DNA from: Promethearchaeota archaeon
GTDB taxonomy: Archaea; Asgardarchaeota; Lokiarchaeia; Sigyniarchaeales; SOKP01
Assembly (NCBI GenBank): GCA_016930515.1
Contig: JAFGGO010000027.1
Coordinates: forward strand, 1-64,000
DNA: 64,000 bases
Direction: 5' to 3'
The position numbers and the translations under genes are program-made. The stretch's first letter is position 1, and every line of letters begins with the position of its first letter. Of the stretch, positions 40,797 through 50,668 are shown piece by piece. The notes under the pieces were generated by a model. The model searched no databases, was not told the DNA's origin, and saw nothing but the letters and a program-made list of their open reading frames with translations.

Positions 40797-41675
40797 TTAT
40801 AAAATAGCACCTTCTAATGAGTGGTGGCAGGAACAATCCTTATCCATATCAATATTTGGGATAACAGTTTTCAATAATTTATTCAAATTTTCTGCGTTTT
40901 TAGCGATAGTCTCAAGGACCTCAGTCACATTTACTTCTAACTTGTTTATCGGGTTCCCGCATCTCTTGCATTTCAAAGCTTGTTCTACAATTCCACAATT
41001 TTGGCACTCTCCTGCCCATACATCCAAATCGGTCACCATCGCAACGCAACAATAACACATTTCCATTTCAGCAGCAAGAACAACTTCTGGATATGTAGTC
41101 ATTCCAACTACATCCGCCTCCCATTTGCGGAACAATTTAGATTCTGCTCTTGTAGAAAATCGTGGTCCCTCAATACAAACATAAGTGCCACCTTTTTGTA
41201 TCATCATTCCTTTATTATTTTTACCTGATTCAAAGAACAAGTCGTTTAAATAACTGCAATACGGTTCTGCTTGTCTAATGTGACAAACCTGACCTCCTTC
41301 GTAAAAACTATCTTTTCGATTTTTTGTTCTATCGATATATTGATCAACGAGAATAAATTTTCCTTTTTGGTGCTCGATCTTTAATGATCCTACGGCGGAA
41401 GGAGATATCACGAATTTAACGCCCATATTTTTAAGCGCCCACATATTAGCCCTGAAATTCAGCTTGTGTGGGGGGATATCGTGTCCCATTCCATGCCGAG
41501 TCAAAAATGCTATTTTTTTACCAGCAAATCTCCCAACTTTCAGATGGTCTGAAGTGCGACCATAAGGTGTATACGATTTGATTTCTTCCATATCTTCAAG
41601 ATAGAGCTCGGATCCTGTTCCTCCAATAATTCCAATAGCAACTTTGCTTTCTTCATATTTCATGGTTATACTCAA
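40797..41675 (-). CDS. mtnP: S-methyl-5'-thioadenosine phosphorylase family enzyme with zinc-ribbon insertion
   Basis: IGIIGGTG, RHG..H, AVGSL, IEGPRFSTRAES, VGMT..PE, VTDLDVW; inserted CQNC..CKRC. Confidence 0.88.
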   Translation of the reverse strand: MSITMKYEESKVAIGIIGGTGSELYLEDMEEIKSYTPYGRTSDHLKVGRFAGKKIAFLTRHGMGHDIPPHKLNFRANMWALKNMGVKFVISPSAVGSLKIEHQKGKFILVDQYIDRTKNRKDSFYEGGQVCHIRQAEPYCSYLNDLFFESGKNNKGMMIQKGGTYVCIEGPRFSTRAESKLFRKWEADVVGMTTYPEVVLAAEMEMCYCCVAMVTDLDVWAGECQNCGIVEQALKCKRCGNPINKLEVNVTEVLETIAKNAENLNKLLKTVIPNIDMDKDCSCHHSLEGAIL

Positions 41676-41720
41676 TATTCAATTTGTTATATAATATTAT
41701 ATATAGTCTGACATATTATA

Positions 41721-42152
41721 CTACTCTATAATTATAATACCATTTAACTTGCATTGCTTCTTATAATAATTTAATAACCATTCATTCAAAATATTTTTAT
41801 TTTCATTTGGAAGATGGGAGTAATAAATTCATTTCTTTTTTAGAGTAATTTCAAAGGTTGATATGCAACGATATGGATTCTCAACCTTAGAAATAAAAGA
41901 CAAATCCCATAGATTATTGTGAAAACTATGATGTTCATCAATCAATCCCCTATTTCCAGAAAAACTTGAAATATAAGAATATTTCAACTCCATTACTGAA
42001 GAGAATCTTTCTTTTCCGATTGATTCAAGAATTATTGTTTCGAGAGAAGACTCGATAATTGTTGACTCGTTTTTACTATTCTTTTTTACTTGAATATCGT
42101 TTTTAATAAGCCTTTTAAAATAAAAGTATAGTGCATAAAATTTCTCCTCTAT
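41721..42152 (-). pseudogene. Unannotated tandem paralog of 42186-42605 (ATA first codon, in-frame TGA at 41829-41831)
   Basis: Manual translation IEEKFYALYFYFKRLIK...SSLETIILESIG...VMELKYS...FHNNLWDL...LKKK*IYYSHLPNENKNILNEWLLNYYKKQCKLNGI is colinear with the neighbour. Confidence 0.82.
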
Positions 42153-42185
42153 TATATTTTTTCTAATTTTTTTAAAAATTAAAAT

Positions 42186-42605
42186 TTAATCATCAATATT
42201 AATTCCATTTATTCTACATCGTTCTTTACAGTAATCTAACCATTCACGCAAGATCTCTGCATTTTCATCGGGAGAATAAGACCAATAAGTCCCAACATCT
42301 TTTAGAATAATATTTTCAAATCCATGTGGAATGTTTTCCCAATCTTCTCCCCATAGAGGGACGTTAAGAATCCATAATTTATTGTGAAATCTAGCTTGCT
42401 GCTCCTCATAGTGAGTTTTATATCTGTACACATTAACATTCGAATATTCCATATCCATTATTAAGCAAAAAGAATAAACCCCAATTATTTCAAAAATCGT
42501 TTGTCTTAAAGAAAAATTGGCATCATTAGTGTTTTTGTTATTATTTTCATCTTTCGATTTTAAAAACATATTAAAATAGTCAAATATTTGTTGAAATTCC
42601 TCCAT
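42186..42605 (-). CDS. Hypothetical protein (139 aa)
   Basis: ORF supported by the colinear adjacent paralog. Confidence 0.75.
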   Translation of the reverse strand: MEEFQQIFDYFNMFLKSKDENNNKNTNDANFSLRQTIFEIIGVYSFCLIMDMEYSNVNVYRYKTHYEEQQARFHNKLWILNVPLWGEDWENIPHGFENIILKDVGTYWSYSPDENAEILREWLDYCKERCRINGINIDD

Positions 42606-42711
42606 TACATTTTAGTCATTTTATCAGCATTAATATTTTGTGTAAATTAACTAAAAAATAATTTATACCATTTTTAATTATATTTTCAAAAAAAACGATC
42701 TTGTGAATGAA

Positions 42712-43461
42712 ATGGTTAAAATTGGAATAATTGGTGGTTCGGGACTCGATGATCCTGATATTTTAAAGGATGCAAAGGATATAGAAGTAAATACAACTTA
42801 TGGAAAACCTACCTCTCCTTTAAAAATGGGAAAGATTTATGATGTGGAAGTGGTCTTAATAGCTCGTCATGGTAGAGAACACACTATTCCGCCAACGCAG
42901 GTTAATTATCGAGCTAACATACAAGCGTTAAGAGATCAAGGTTGTACTCATATTTTAGCCACTACTGCCTGTGGAAGTTTGAGAGAGAAAATTGTAAGAG
43001 GAGACTTCGTCATTCTCGATCAATTTATCGATTTCACCCGTTTAAGAAAGCTCAGCTTTTACGAAAAATTTCCTCCAGGAGATGCAAAGCACACGGCAAT
43101 GGCTCGCCCTTATTCGGAGGAATTAAGAATCTTTCTGATTGAAAGCGCTAAGGAATTAGGTCTTAAATATCACGAAAAGGGTACCGTTGTAACTATTGAA
43201 GGGCCAAGATTTTCTACAATTGCCGAATCTAAAATGTTTCGGTCATGGGGTGCTGATGTTATTAACATGAGCATTGCTACAGAAACAATGCTTGCTAACG
43301 AAGCGGGAATCCCTTACGCTGCAGTCGCTATGTCTACGGACTACGATTGTTGGAAGGAAGACGAGGCCCCGGTAACGTGGGAGGAAATACTCGAGGTTTT
43401 TGGAAAAAATGTGAGTAATGTCATAGCTTTATTAACTAATGTTATTAAGAAGATCAAGTAA
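42712..43461 (+). CDS. mtnP: S-methyl-5'-thioadenosine phosphorylase
   Basis: VKIGIIGGSGLDDPDIL, ARHGREHTI, TTACGSLRE, IEGPRFS, WGADVINM, TDYDCWKE. Confidence 0.93.
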   Translation: MVKIGIIGGSGLDDPDILKDAKDIEVNTTYGKPTSPLKMGKIYDVEVVLIARHGREHTIPPTQVNYRANIQALRDQGCTHILATTACGSLREKIVRGDFVILDQFIDFTRLRKLSFYEKFPPGDAKHTAMARPYSEELRIFLIESAKELGLKYHEKGTVVTIEGPRFSTIAESKMFRSWGADVINMSIATETMLANEAGIPYAAVAMSTDYDCWKEDEAPVTWEEILEVFGKNVSNVIALLTNVIKKIK

Positions 43462-43617
43462 TAATTTTTCCTCAAATTTTTCTTTTTTACTTCATATATT
43501 AGAAAACTTCTTATGCAATAAAACACTTGTATTATCCAATAGAGATAAAATTGTAAGTAAATGCGAAAATTCTATTCGCGTTTCTGTTTTTAATTCTTTT
43601 TATTAGTGAAATTTAAT

Positions 43618-44916
43618 ATGGTAAAATTAACCTTTTTAGGTGGCTGTCGAGAGGTCGGCCGTTCTGGAATACTTTTGCAATCTAAAAACGGTTCTAAGGT
43701 CGTTTTAGACTACGGAATTCGGTTTAAAGGTAAGGAACGCCTTCCTAGCGAGATAGATACTGAAAATCTAAGTGCGATAGCCGTCACGCACTGCCACGTG
43801 GATCATTCCGGCGGCATTCCATTGTTGTATAAATCATCAAACGCTCCATTGTATACAAATCCAATAACGCTTCGGATTTCTGAGATTTTAATTAAAGACA
43901 TGCTAAATGTGTCTAAATTCGAATATCCTTTTGGAAAAGATGAATTAGATACCATGCGACAAAATGCAAAATTCTTAGATTTGGGCGTTCGCCAAAAAGT
44001 AAACGATGATATATATTTAACATTTTACGACGCAGGACATATTCCAGGAAGCGTTTCAATCTTGGCTGAGGTAGACGATAAATGCATTTTCTATACGGGT
44101 GACATTAATAACCAGGAGACAAACCTTGTAAATATTGCCGATCCCACGTTCGTTCCGAATATCGATGTTTTAATCACTGAAAGCACTTATGCTTTAAGAG
44201 AACACCCTTCTCGAATAGAAGTAGAAAAACGATTCGTAGAAAATGTAATAAATGTAACGGATAATGGCGGGAAAGTGCTCATTCCTGCCTTTGGAGTAGC
44301 ACGATCTCAGGAAGCCTTACTCATCTTGGAGAAATATAATTACGATGGTAAAATCTATATCGACGGATTAGCCCGAAAAATATGTAATGTATATCAAGAA
44401 TATCCTGAATATTTGAAGGATATCAATCGATTTGTAAAATCCTTGAAGCGAGCACGATTTATTACCGAAGAGAAATATAGAGACTCCGCCAAGCGTTCCA
44501 ATGCGGCAATAATAGCACCAAGTGGTATGTTAAAAGGAGGTGCTTCGATGAATTTCGTTAAATCCTTCTTAGAAGACCCGACATCGGCTATATATTTAGT
44601 TGGATATCAAGCAGAGGGCTCTCCGGGCCGGAAACTCCTCGATGAGGGTGTTTTTGAATACAAAGAAAGAATCCGAAGAAAGAAAATAAATGGTACTCTT
44701 GTTGCGAAGTGTGATAGGGAATATTTTAACTTTTCAAGCCACGCTGATGGGTTACACCTCCACGAATACATTAACGGATTAAAATTTCATAACAATTCGA
44801 AGGATATATTTTGTGTTCACGGAGATAATAAGTCGGCAACTTTCTTTGCAAAGGAGCTAGTCCAAAAGGGATTTAATGCCGTCGCTCCAGAACAAGACGA
44901 AACTTACACAATATGA
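43618..44916 (+). CDS. MBL-fold beta-CASP ribonuclease (aCPSF2-like)
   Basis: LGGCREVGRS, THCHVDHSG, AGHIPGS, YTGD, ESTY, PAFGVARSQE, FSSHAD, VHGD. Confidence 0.9.
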   Translation: MVKLTFLGGCREVGRSGILLQSKNGSKVVLDYGIRFKGKERLPSEIDTENLSAIAVTHCHVDHSGGIPLLYKSSNAPLYTNPITLRISEILIKDMLNVSKFEYPFGKDELDTMRQNAKFLDLGVRQKVNDDIYLTFYDAGHIPGSVSILAEVDDKCIFYTGDINNQETNLVNIADPTFVPNIDVLITESTYALREHPSRIEVEKRFVENVINVTDNGGKVLIPAFGVARSQEALLILEKYNYDGKIYIDGLARKICNVYQEYPEYLKDINRFVKSLKRARFITEEKYRDSAKRSNAAIIAPSGMLKGGASMNFVKSFLEDPTSAIYLVGYQAEGSPGRKLLDEGVFEYKERIRRKKINGTLVAKCDREYFNFSSHADGLHLHEYINGLKFHNNSKDIFCVHGDNKSATFFAKELVQKGFNAVAPEQDETYTI

Positions 44917-44992
44917 ATTATACTCCATTTTAAAGAAAGATTTCCATCTTTAGAGTTTTATATAGAATATAATAGGAATCGGTCTTTTGTGT

Positions 44993-46504
44993 TTATTTAT
45001 TTTCTTTTATTTGTTCTCTGATCACACTATCTATATGAGTTAAGAATTCGTAAATTTTATCGAATGGAACTTTCGTTCCAGCAGCAGGGGGATGACCTCC
45101 TCCTAATGCGTTCAATCCCGTGAGTTCTAAGGCCTTTCTAATAGCCTCTGAGAGATTTACGCCTCGTTCAACGAGCGATTCATGAGCCCTTCCAGAGATC
45201 TTGTAGACTTGTTCAGTTTCTCTAGTAGCTATTCCGAATATGGGTTTATTTGTATCGATCCTATCAAGATTGTCAAACACTAATATCGACGCAATAACTC
45301 CAATAACGCTTTCTGGTATTTTATCTTCCCCAAAATAATACTGAATGTTATCTTTAGATTGGATCTTGTTGTTTTCGTAAATCCACGATATGCTACGGGA
45401 AATTAACGATTTATAATTCTTAAGTATTTCAATTGCTTGATCGTATGCTTCCTTTCTATCGCCCATGGCAACTGCGATACCAATTGATCCGTTATCAGAA
45501 CGACCGGTTGAGTTTAATAAGTATGAAAACTCTCTAACATCGTGGAGTTCTAAGTATTTGCTTTCTTTTGGAAGAACATACTTGTTAACTATTAATCTAT
45601 CAATGACTTCGCTTGGTTCGATACCCAACTTGATCGTGGAATATTCGAGAATTGAAGTTGATATCTTTTGCTTTTGATCCTGATTTAGGTCGTGGAGAGT
45701 CTTTATCGTGCCGTCTGAATTTTCCATCAAGACTCCAGAAGTCTGTAAAAACTTCAAGGTTCTATTGGGATCGTTTGTCAAACCCGGTAATTTAAAATCA
45801 GTTGAATATGCAATGGCTTCATTTAAGGGTTTTATAGATGAAAAGCTAAGATCGTGAACTATTTCGATGTATCTTCCCGATATAGCGTCGTTTAAGATCT
45901 CAAGGTTAGCTCCAGTAAACGATTTGTCTTTTTCTTGGTTTTGAACATCTCCCGTTGCACCTACGATCGCAATTGAAGAAAGATCGATGTTTTGGGAATT
46001 CAAACATTTAGCAAAAAGATAACACATGCCTGCTCCTGAGATTTCGCTGCTTCCGTTTACGCCAAAGAAATATGGGTTAATGTGCCAAGGGCTTGTATTT
46101 TCCCTGATTTTCGAAATGAGGTCTACTTGTTCTATATCTGAAATTCCTTGAGGAAGATGATGATCTAAGATTATAAAATTTGGATCTTTTATGTTATTTG
46201 ATAACTTTTCGTGGAGTTCTAAGAATTGACCACTTCCAAAATCAGAAAAAATTAATAAGTTGTGGGTATAATCAGACCATGATGCAATTTTCTCGATCTC
46301 TTCCCTTTCTAACTGCTTTAATATCGTTATTTGGAATGGTATTTTTTCCCTGAATAGTGCCTTCCCGAGGATTGCTCCTGCAGAGAGCCCATCCGAGTCT
46401 ATATGCGTGAAAATATGAATTGGTGATTCCAATTGTGATATCTTTGAAGAAAAATACTGCTTGGTTTTTTCCATTCCTTCGATAAGTCTCATGAACATGC
46501 TCAT
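44993..46504 (-). CDS. DHH/DHHA1 nuclease, RecJ/GAN (Cdc45-related) type
   Basis: HIDSDG, SDFGSG, ILDHH, VGATGD, SGRA, GGGHPPAAG. Confidence 0.88.
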   Translation of the reverse strand: MSMFMRLIEGMEKTKQYFSSKISQLESPIHIFTHIDSDGLSAGAILGKALFREKIPFQITILKQLEREEIEKIASWSDYTHNLLIFSDFGSGQFLELHEKLSNNIKDPNFIILDHHLPQGISDIEQVDLISKIRENTSPWHINPYFFGVNGSSEISGAGMCYLFAKCLNSQNIDLSSIAIVGATGDVQNQEKDKSFTGANLEILNDAISGRYIEIVHDLSFSSIKPLNEAIAYSTDFKLPGLTNDPNRTLKFLQTSGVLMENSDGTIKTLHDLNQDQKQKISTSILEYSTIKLGIEPSEVIDRLIVNKYVLPKESKYLELHDVREFSYLLNSTGRSDNGSIGIAVAMGDRKEAYDQAIEILKNYKSLISRSISWIYENNKIQSKDNIQYYFGEDKIPESVIGVIASILVFDNLDRIDTNKPIFGIATRETEQVYKISGRAHESLVERGVNLSEAIRKALELTGLNALGGGHPPAAGTKVPFDKIYEFLTHIDSVIREQIKENK

Positions 46505-46609
46505 TGATGTAATATAATCTGCATTGATTTCTCAAATCATAAAGGAGAATATTTATATAAATTTATCAAATTAAATATAAATACTCATTAAAAATCAAAA
46601 AAATATTCA

Positions 46610-47608
46610 ATGTTGAAGAAAATGATGAATATAAACGATCTAACCTTAAAATTAGTTAACAAAATACTTGAAAACAAGGACTTGCTCGGAGCAACGGTAG
46701 AAAAATTAAGCTCGGGTCAAACAGTAATCGATTTAACGAATGGTACCTGGGAAGCGGGAAGAATTCTTGGAGAAATATGCATGGGTGGTTTGGGGTCAGT
46801 AAATTTTAACAGTTGTAATGTTGATGGTCATTTTTTTCCCGCCCTAGATGTTTGCACGAGCGAGCCAATTATATCTTGCATGGCGTCTCAATTAGCGGGA
46901 TGGAGTGTTAAGCTCAAAAAAGATGTTGAGAAAGACGGAATTGTAAAAAAAAAAGTAGTCTTTCAGTCCTTGGGTTCTGGTCCTGCTCGCGCCAAGGCTA
47001 GGGGAGAAACGCTTTTTGACGAAATTTCTTACACCGATGCATCTAACTGTGCCGTGATCGTATTTGAAACTCGCACTATGCCTGACGAAGAGGTAATGGC
47101 AATAGTTACGGAAAAATGCAAAGTACCTGCTGAAAAAACTTACGCTGTTTGTGCGCCAACGGCAAGTTTGGTGGGTTCAATACAGGTTGCAGCAAGAATT
47201 GTGGAAACAGGAATTCATAAATTGCACGAGATTCATTTTCCCTTGGATGCCTTAATGGACGGTTTTGGTAGCGTGCCCATCGCTCCCGTGGCAAAAGACG
47301 ATTTTGCCGCTATGGGTCCCCCCAACGACGCAATGTTTGCCCTTGGTCAAACATTCTATACGATAAATGTTGATAAGGAAAAAGAAGTAGAACTATTTGA
47401 ATTGCTTAAAAAAGCGCCAGCAAGCACTTCTTCTAGTTATGGAAAACCGTTTAATGTGATTTTCAAGGAAGCAGAATTCGATTTTTACAAGATCGATCCT
47501 GGTTTGTTTGCACCCGCTCTTTATACCTTAAATAATATTAAAACGGGAAAAACAATGACTGTAGGGCGGTTAGATAACAACTTGCTTAAGCAATCCTTTG
47601 GTCTTTAA
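46610..47608 (+). CDS. mch: Methenyl-H4MPT cyclohydrolase
   Basis: EICMGGLG, SQLAGW, GSGPARA, APTASLVGSIQVAARIVETG, FYKIDPGLFAP. Confidence 0.95.
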   Translation: MLKKMMNINDLTLKLVNKILENKDLLGATVEKLSSGQTVIDLTNGTWEAGRILGEICMGGLGSVNFNSCNVDGHFFPALDVCTSEPIISCMASQLAGWSVKLKKDVEKDGIVKKKVVFQSLGSGPARAKARGETLFDEISYTDASNCAVIVFETRTMPDEEVMAIVTEKCKVPAEKTYAVCAPTASLVGSIQVAARIVETGIHKLHEIHFPLDALMDGFGSVPIAPVAKDDFAAMGPPNDAMFALGQTFYTINVDKEKEVELFELLKKAPASTSSSYGKPFNVIFKEAEFDFYKIDPGLFAPALYTLNNIKTGKTMTVGRLDNNLLKQSFGL

Positions 47609-47689
47609 AAATTCTTATCTTAATAATTTTTTCTTTATTTGTATTTAAAAATTGTAAAAAAATAACAAATCAAGAAAAGTAATAATTTT

Positions 47690-49003
47690 CTAAATATTCG
47701 TAAGTTCTTCTTGATATTTCATCACTTCGGTCATGTCAATATCGCGATCGAATGTGATTTTTTGGTCTATACCCAAGTATGTGCAGGCAAGTTGGGCGGA
47801 AGCAGCGATTTCCGCTTTCTTAAGCGAGATTTGGTATACATCCTCGGGATCGGTCATTTTTGCCTTGAGTGTGCTTATATTTTCCAAGACCTTTCGCTTG
47901 TTCTTGTCTAAATCTGCTTTCTCCATTCTTAGGGTCTGGATTTCCTTATCGATTTTAATGGATGGTTTTAACTGCTGTTCTCTTCTCAGGTCGTTGATCC
48001 TGTCAATGATTTTAACTCTTTGTTCGTCGATGGTTTCCTTGTGATTAAACTCGGCCTCGTATTGGCTCTGATGCGTCACTTGATAGTTGGTTGTTCTCTC
48101 GTTTTTCATCTTGTAAAGCAAAGAACCCATTTTATCGGCAACGATAAATGGTAATTGATTACTTACGATCAAGCGTGTTATGTTGTTGAGATCGAAAAAG
48201 TTCAGGTTATCGTATTTTGATTGCAAGTAATTCTTCAAATTTTCCGAATTGTGCTCGCACTCGATCTCGGTCCAGTCGTGGATGGCTAGTCTTCTCCTGA
48301 AAAAGATGAGTTCCCAATCTATGCCAAGCTCTTTCAATAGTTCTAAAAGCTTATCGTCGTTCGGTTTAAAGGTTTCGATTATCAAGTACAATTGAAGTCC
48401 GTAGTATTTGTGTTCTTCTTGTAAGTAATAACCTCTTTGTTGCATTGATGCAAGAATTTTCAGCTTGATTGATGTATTGCTCGATATGTTTTTCTTACCA
48501 CAGTTCAAATAGATGACGTTACCCTCTTCGCTCACGTATTCAGCATCAAGAAATCCCAATATGCTCTCTTGGTTTTCTCTTATAAAATCCATGAGGCCTG
48601 TAAGAGTGGGTTTTACGTTAAACCTGATGAGATCACCTTGACTAATAGTCACGTAATCGCTTGGGTTTCCTCCAACCGCAAGTTTGATGGAATAGAGCAG
48701 TAGATCCTCTTCAGTACCGTATACTTCTTTTATTGCTTCGTTAATAGGAAATACTTCGTTATCTAAAATTTTGATATCCGCTAAAGAGCTTTCATACGGT
48801 TCGGGATCACTAAGAATCTTGTTAAGAACTGGAGCTTCTGAAGCGTCCACCTCGATTTCGTAATTTCTTGCTAAGTCCTTTCGAATCACGCAAAATGATT
48901 TGTCTTTTTTTCCTTCCTTGTTGAACATGGATAGTGATGTGTGTTCATCAATTACCGCGCGAAACTTTTCGGTGAATCTATTCTCCGTGTTATCGTTCTT
49001 CAT
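47690..49003 (-). CDS. Hypothetical protein with C-terminal coiled coil
   Basis: 437-aa ORF, AAGGAG upstream; no recognised motif. Confidence 0.75.
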   Translation of the reverse strand: MKNDNTENRFTEKFRAVIDEHTSLSMFNKEGKKDKSFCVIRKDLARNYEIEVDASEAPVLNKILSDPEPYESSLADIKILDNEVFPINEAIKEVYGTEEDLLLYSIKLAVGGNPSDYVTISQGDLIRFNVKPTLTGLMDFIRENQESILGFLDAEYVSEEGNVIYLNCGKKNISSNTSIKLKILASMQQRGYYLQEEHKYYGLQLYLIIETFKPNDDKLLELLKELGIDWELIFFRRRLAIHDWTEIECEHNSENLKNYLQSKYDNLNFFDLNNITRLIVSNQLPFIVADKMGSLLYKMKNERTTNYQVTHQSQYEAEFNHKETIDEQRVKIIDRINDLRREQQLKPSIKIDKEIQTLRMEKADLDKNKRKVLENISTLKAKMTDPEDVYQISLKKAEIAASAQLACTYLGIDQKITFDRDIDMTEVMKYQEELTNI

Positions 49004-49168
49004 TCTTCTCCTTTGAATATTTCATCATCAACTTTTATGACTTCTTTGTTCTCTATTAAAATAAAACGAATTTAGTCTTAAATTCTTATCGCTAACAATT
49101 TAAAAATTTCTTGTAGATCGTTTATATTAAGGAAAGAACTCATTTTACGAATTAAAAAAAAAATATGC

Positions 49169-49354
49169 TTATTTCAGCTCATCTTCGAGATAATAATGAG
49201 TACCTTTCTTATAGTATACGATGGTAGAGCTAAAATTGTTCCGGATGGTGTATTTATCTCCGTCAACATCTTCCACTTCAAAGGAATAAGGTAATCTTCT
49301 CTGCTTTATAATGTCCGCAATGATAGAATGTTCGTCTTCGGGTTTCATGATCAT
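49169..49354 (-). CDS. Small hypothetical protein
   Basis: 61-aa ORF with protein-like composition filling an intergenic gap. Confidence 0.55.
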   Translation of the reverse strand: MIMKPEDEHSIIADIIKQRRLPYSFEVEDVDGDKYTIRNNFSSTIVYYKKGTHYYLEDELK

Positions 49355-49498
49355 TCAACTTTTTTTAAGATTTATATAATTAAAACAAACAAGACAAAAA
49401 AAATTTTTGGTTTAGTAAATCAATATTATTATAAAAAAAAAGTTAAAAAACTTCCAATATTAAAAAAATCATATTATATTACATTATGAGTCTTTACA

Positions 49499-50470
49499 AT
49501 GAAAGCTTTAATTACGGGAATTACTGGTTTTGTAGGAAGTCATTTGGCAGAATACTTGTTAGGCAAGGGAGACACGGTGTTTGGAACGTACAGGTGGAGG
49601 AGCCCTCGGGATAATATAGAACATATCAAGCATAAAATAACTCTTGTAAATTGCGAGTTATTAGACGCCATGTCTGTGAAAAATTGCATATCGACCGCTA
49701 AGCCAGATGTGATTTTTCATTTAGCGGCACAATCATATGTTCCATCGAGTTTTGACGAGCCTGCTGCAACTTTGCAAACAAACATCATCGGTACTCTCAA
49801 CCTCCTCGAAGCAGTAAGGCAGATCGGAATAGACCCCATCATACACATCTGTTCGTCCTCCGAAGTGTATGGTCAAGTTAAAAAAGAAGAGGTTCCCATC
49901 CTCGAAACGAATGTTTTTCGACCAGCCTCTCCATATGCCGTTAGTAAGGTTGGAGAAGACATGATCTCTCTCCAATATTTCTTAAGTTATGGCATTAAAA
50001 CAATAAGATCTCGAATGTTTACTCATACGGGTCCAAGAAGAGGAGAAGTATTTGTTGTTTCAGCGTTTGCAAAGCAAGTGGCAATGATTGAGGCGGGTCT
50101 TCAAGAACCAGTTTTGAGAGTAGGAAATCTCGATTCAGTCAGAACATTTCTCGATGTGAGAGATGCTGTTAGAGCTTACTATTTGCTCGTTCAAAAATGT
50201 ATTCCTGGAGAGGTTTATAACATCGGAGGTAATACTACAATGACTATAAGGCAAATGCTTAATCTATTATTGAATCAATCGTCAATGAAAGACGAGATAA
50301 AGGTTGAAGTAAATCCAAAACTTCTCCGTCCTTCAGATGTCACGCTTCAAGTACCAAATATTGATAAGTTTGTCAGTGCAACGGGATGGAAGGCTGATAT
50401 TCCGCTTGAAAAAACACTTCTCGATACTTTAAACTATTGGAGAGCGCGACTTAAGGTTCACGCACCCTGA
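49499..50470 (+). CDS. GDP-mannose 4,6-dehydratase / GDP-sugar reductase family SDR
   Basis: GITGFVG, HLAAQS, SSSEVYG, SPYAVSK, GNLDSVR..DVRD, RPSD. Confidence 0.88.
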   Translation: MKALITGITGFVGSHLAEYLLGKGDTVFGTYRWRSPRDNIEHIKHKITLVNCELLDAMSVKNCISTAKPDVIFHLAAQSYVPSSFDEPAATLQTNIIGTLNLLEAVRQIGIDPIIHICSSSEVYGQVKKEEVPILETNVFRPASPYAVSKVGEDMISLQYFLSYGIKTIRSRMFTHTGPRRGEVFVVSAFAKQVAMIEAGLQEPVLRVGNLDSVRTFLDVRDAVRAYYLLVQKCIPGEVYNIGGNTTMTIRQMLNLLLNQSSMKDEIKVEVNPKLLRPSDVTLQVPNIDKFVSATGWKADIPLEKTLLDTLNYWRARLKVHAP

Positions 50471-50668
50471 TAATTTCTCTCTTTTTAAAACTTTCACAGG
50501 TTATAATCAATTACTATTAAAATCTTTAAAGTAAAACACTTTAATTCGTGTAAATAGTATTAAAAATGCTTTAAATTTTTAATAAAACGATTAGTTTTTT
50601 AACCAAAAGACCATTTTAATAAATAATTATTTCAATTAACTTTTTTTAGATCAACAGGGATCATTAAT

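Noticed and set aside
41829-41831. In-frame TGA as selenocysteine
   Set aside because: It aligns with Gly, not Cys, in the paralog, and I saw no SECIS-like hairpin; a nonsense mutation is simpler
43559-43583. Imperfect hairpin upstream of the beta-CASP nuclease gene
   Set aside because: Short, needs G-U pairing, and could arise by chance in AT-rich DNA
36836-47608. Methanogenesis locus
   Set aside because: No mcr or mtr in the window; ftr/mtd/mch are widespread in non-methanogens
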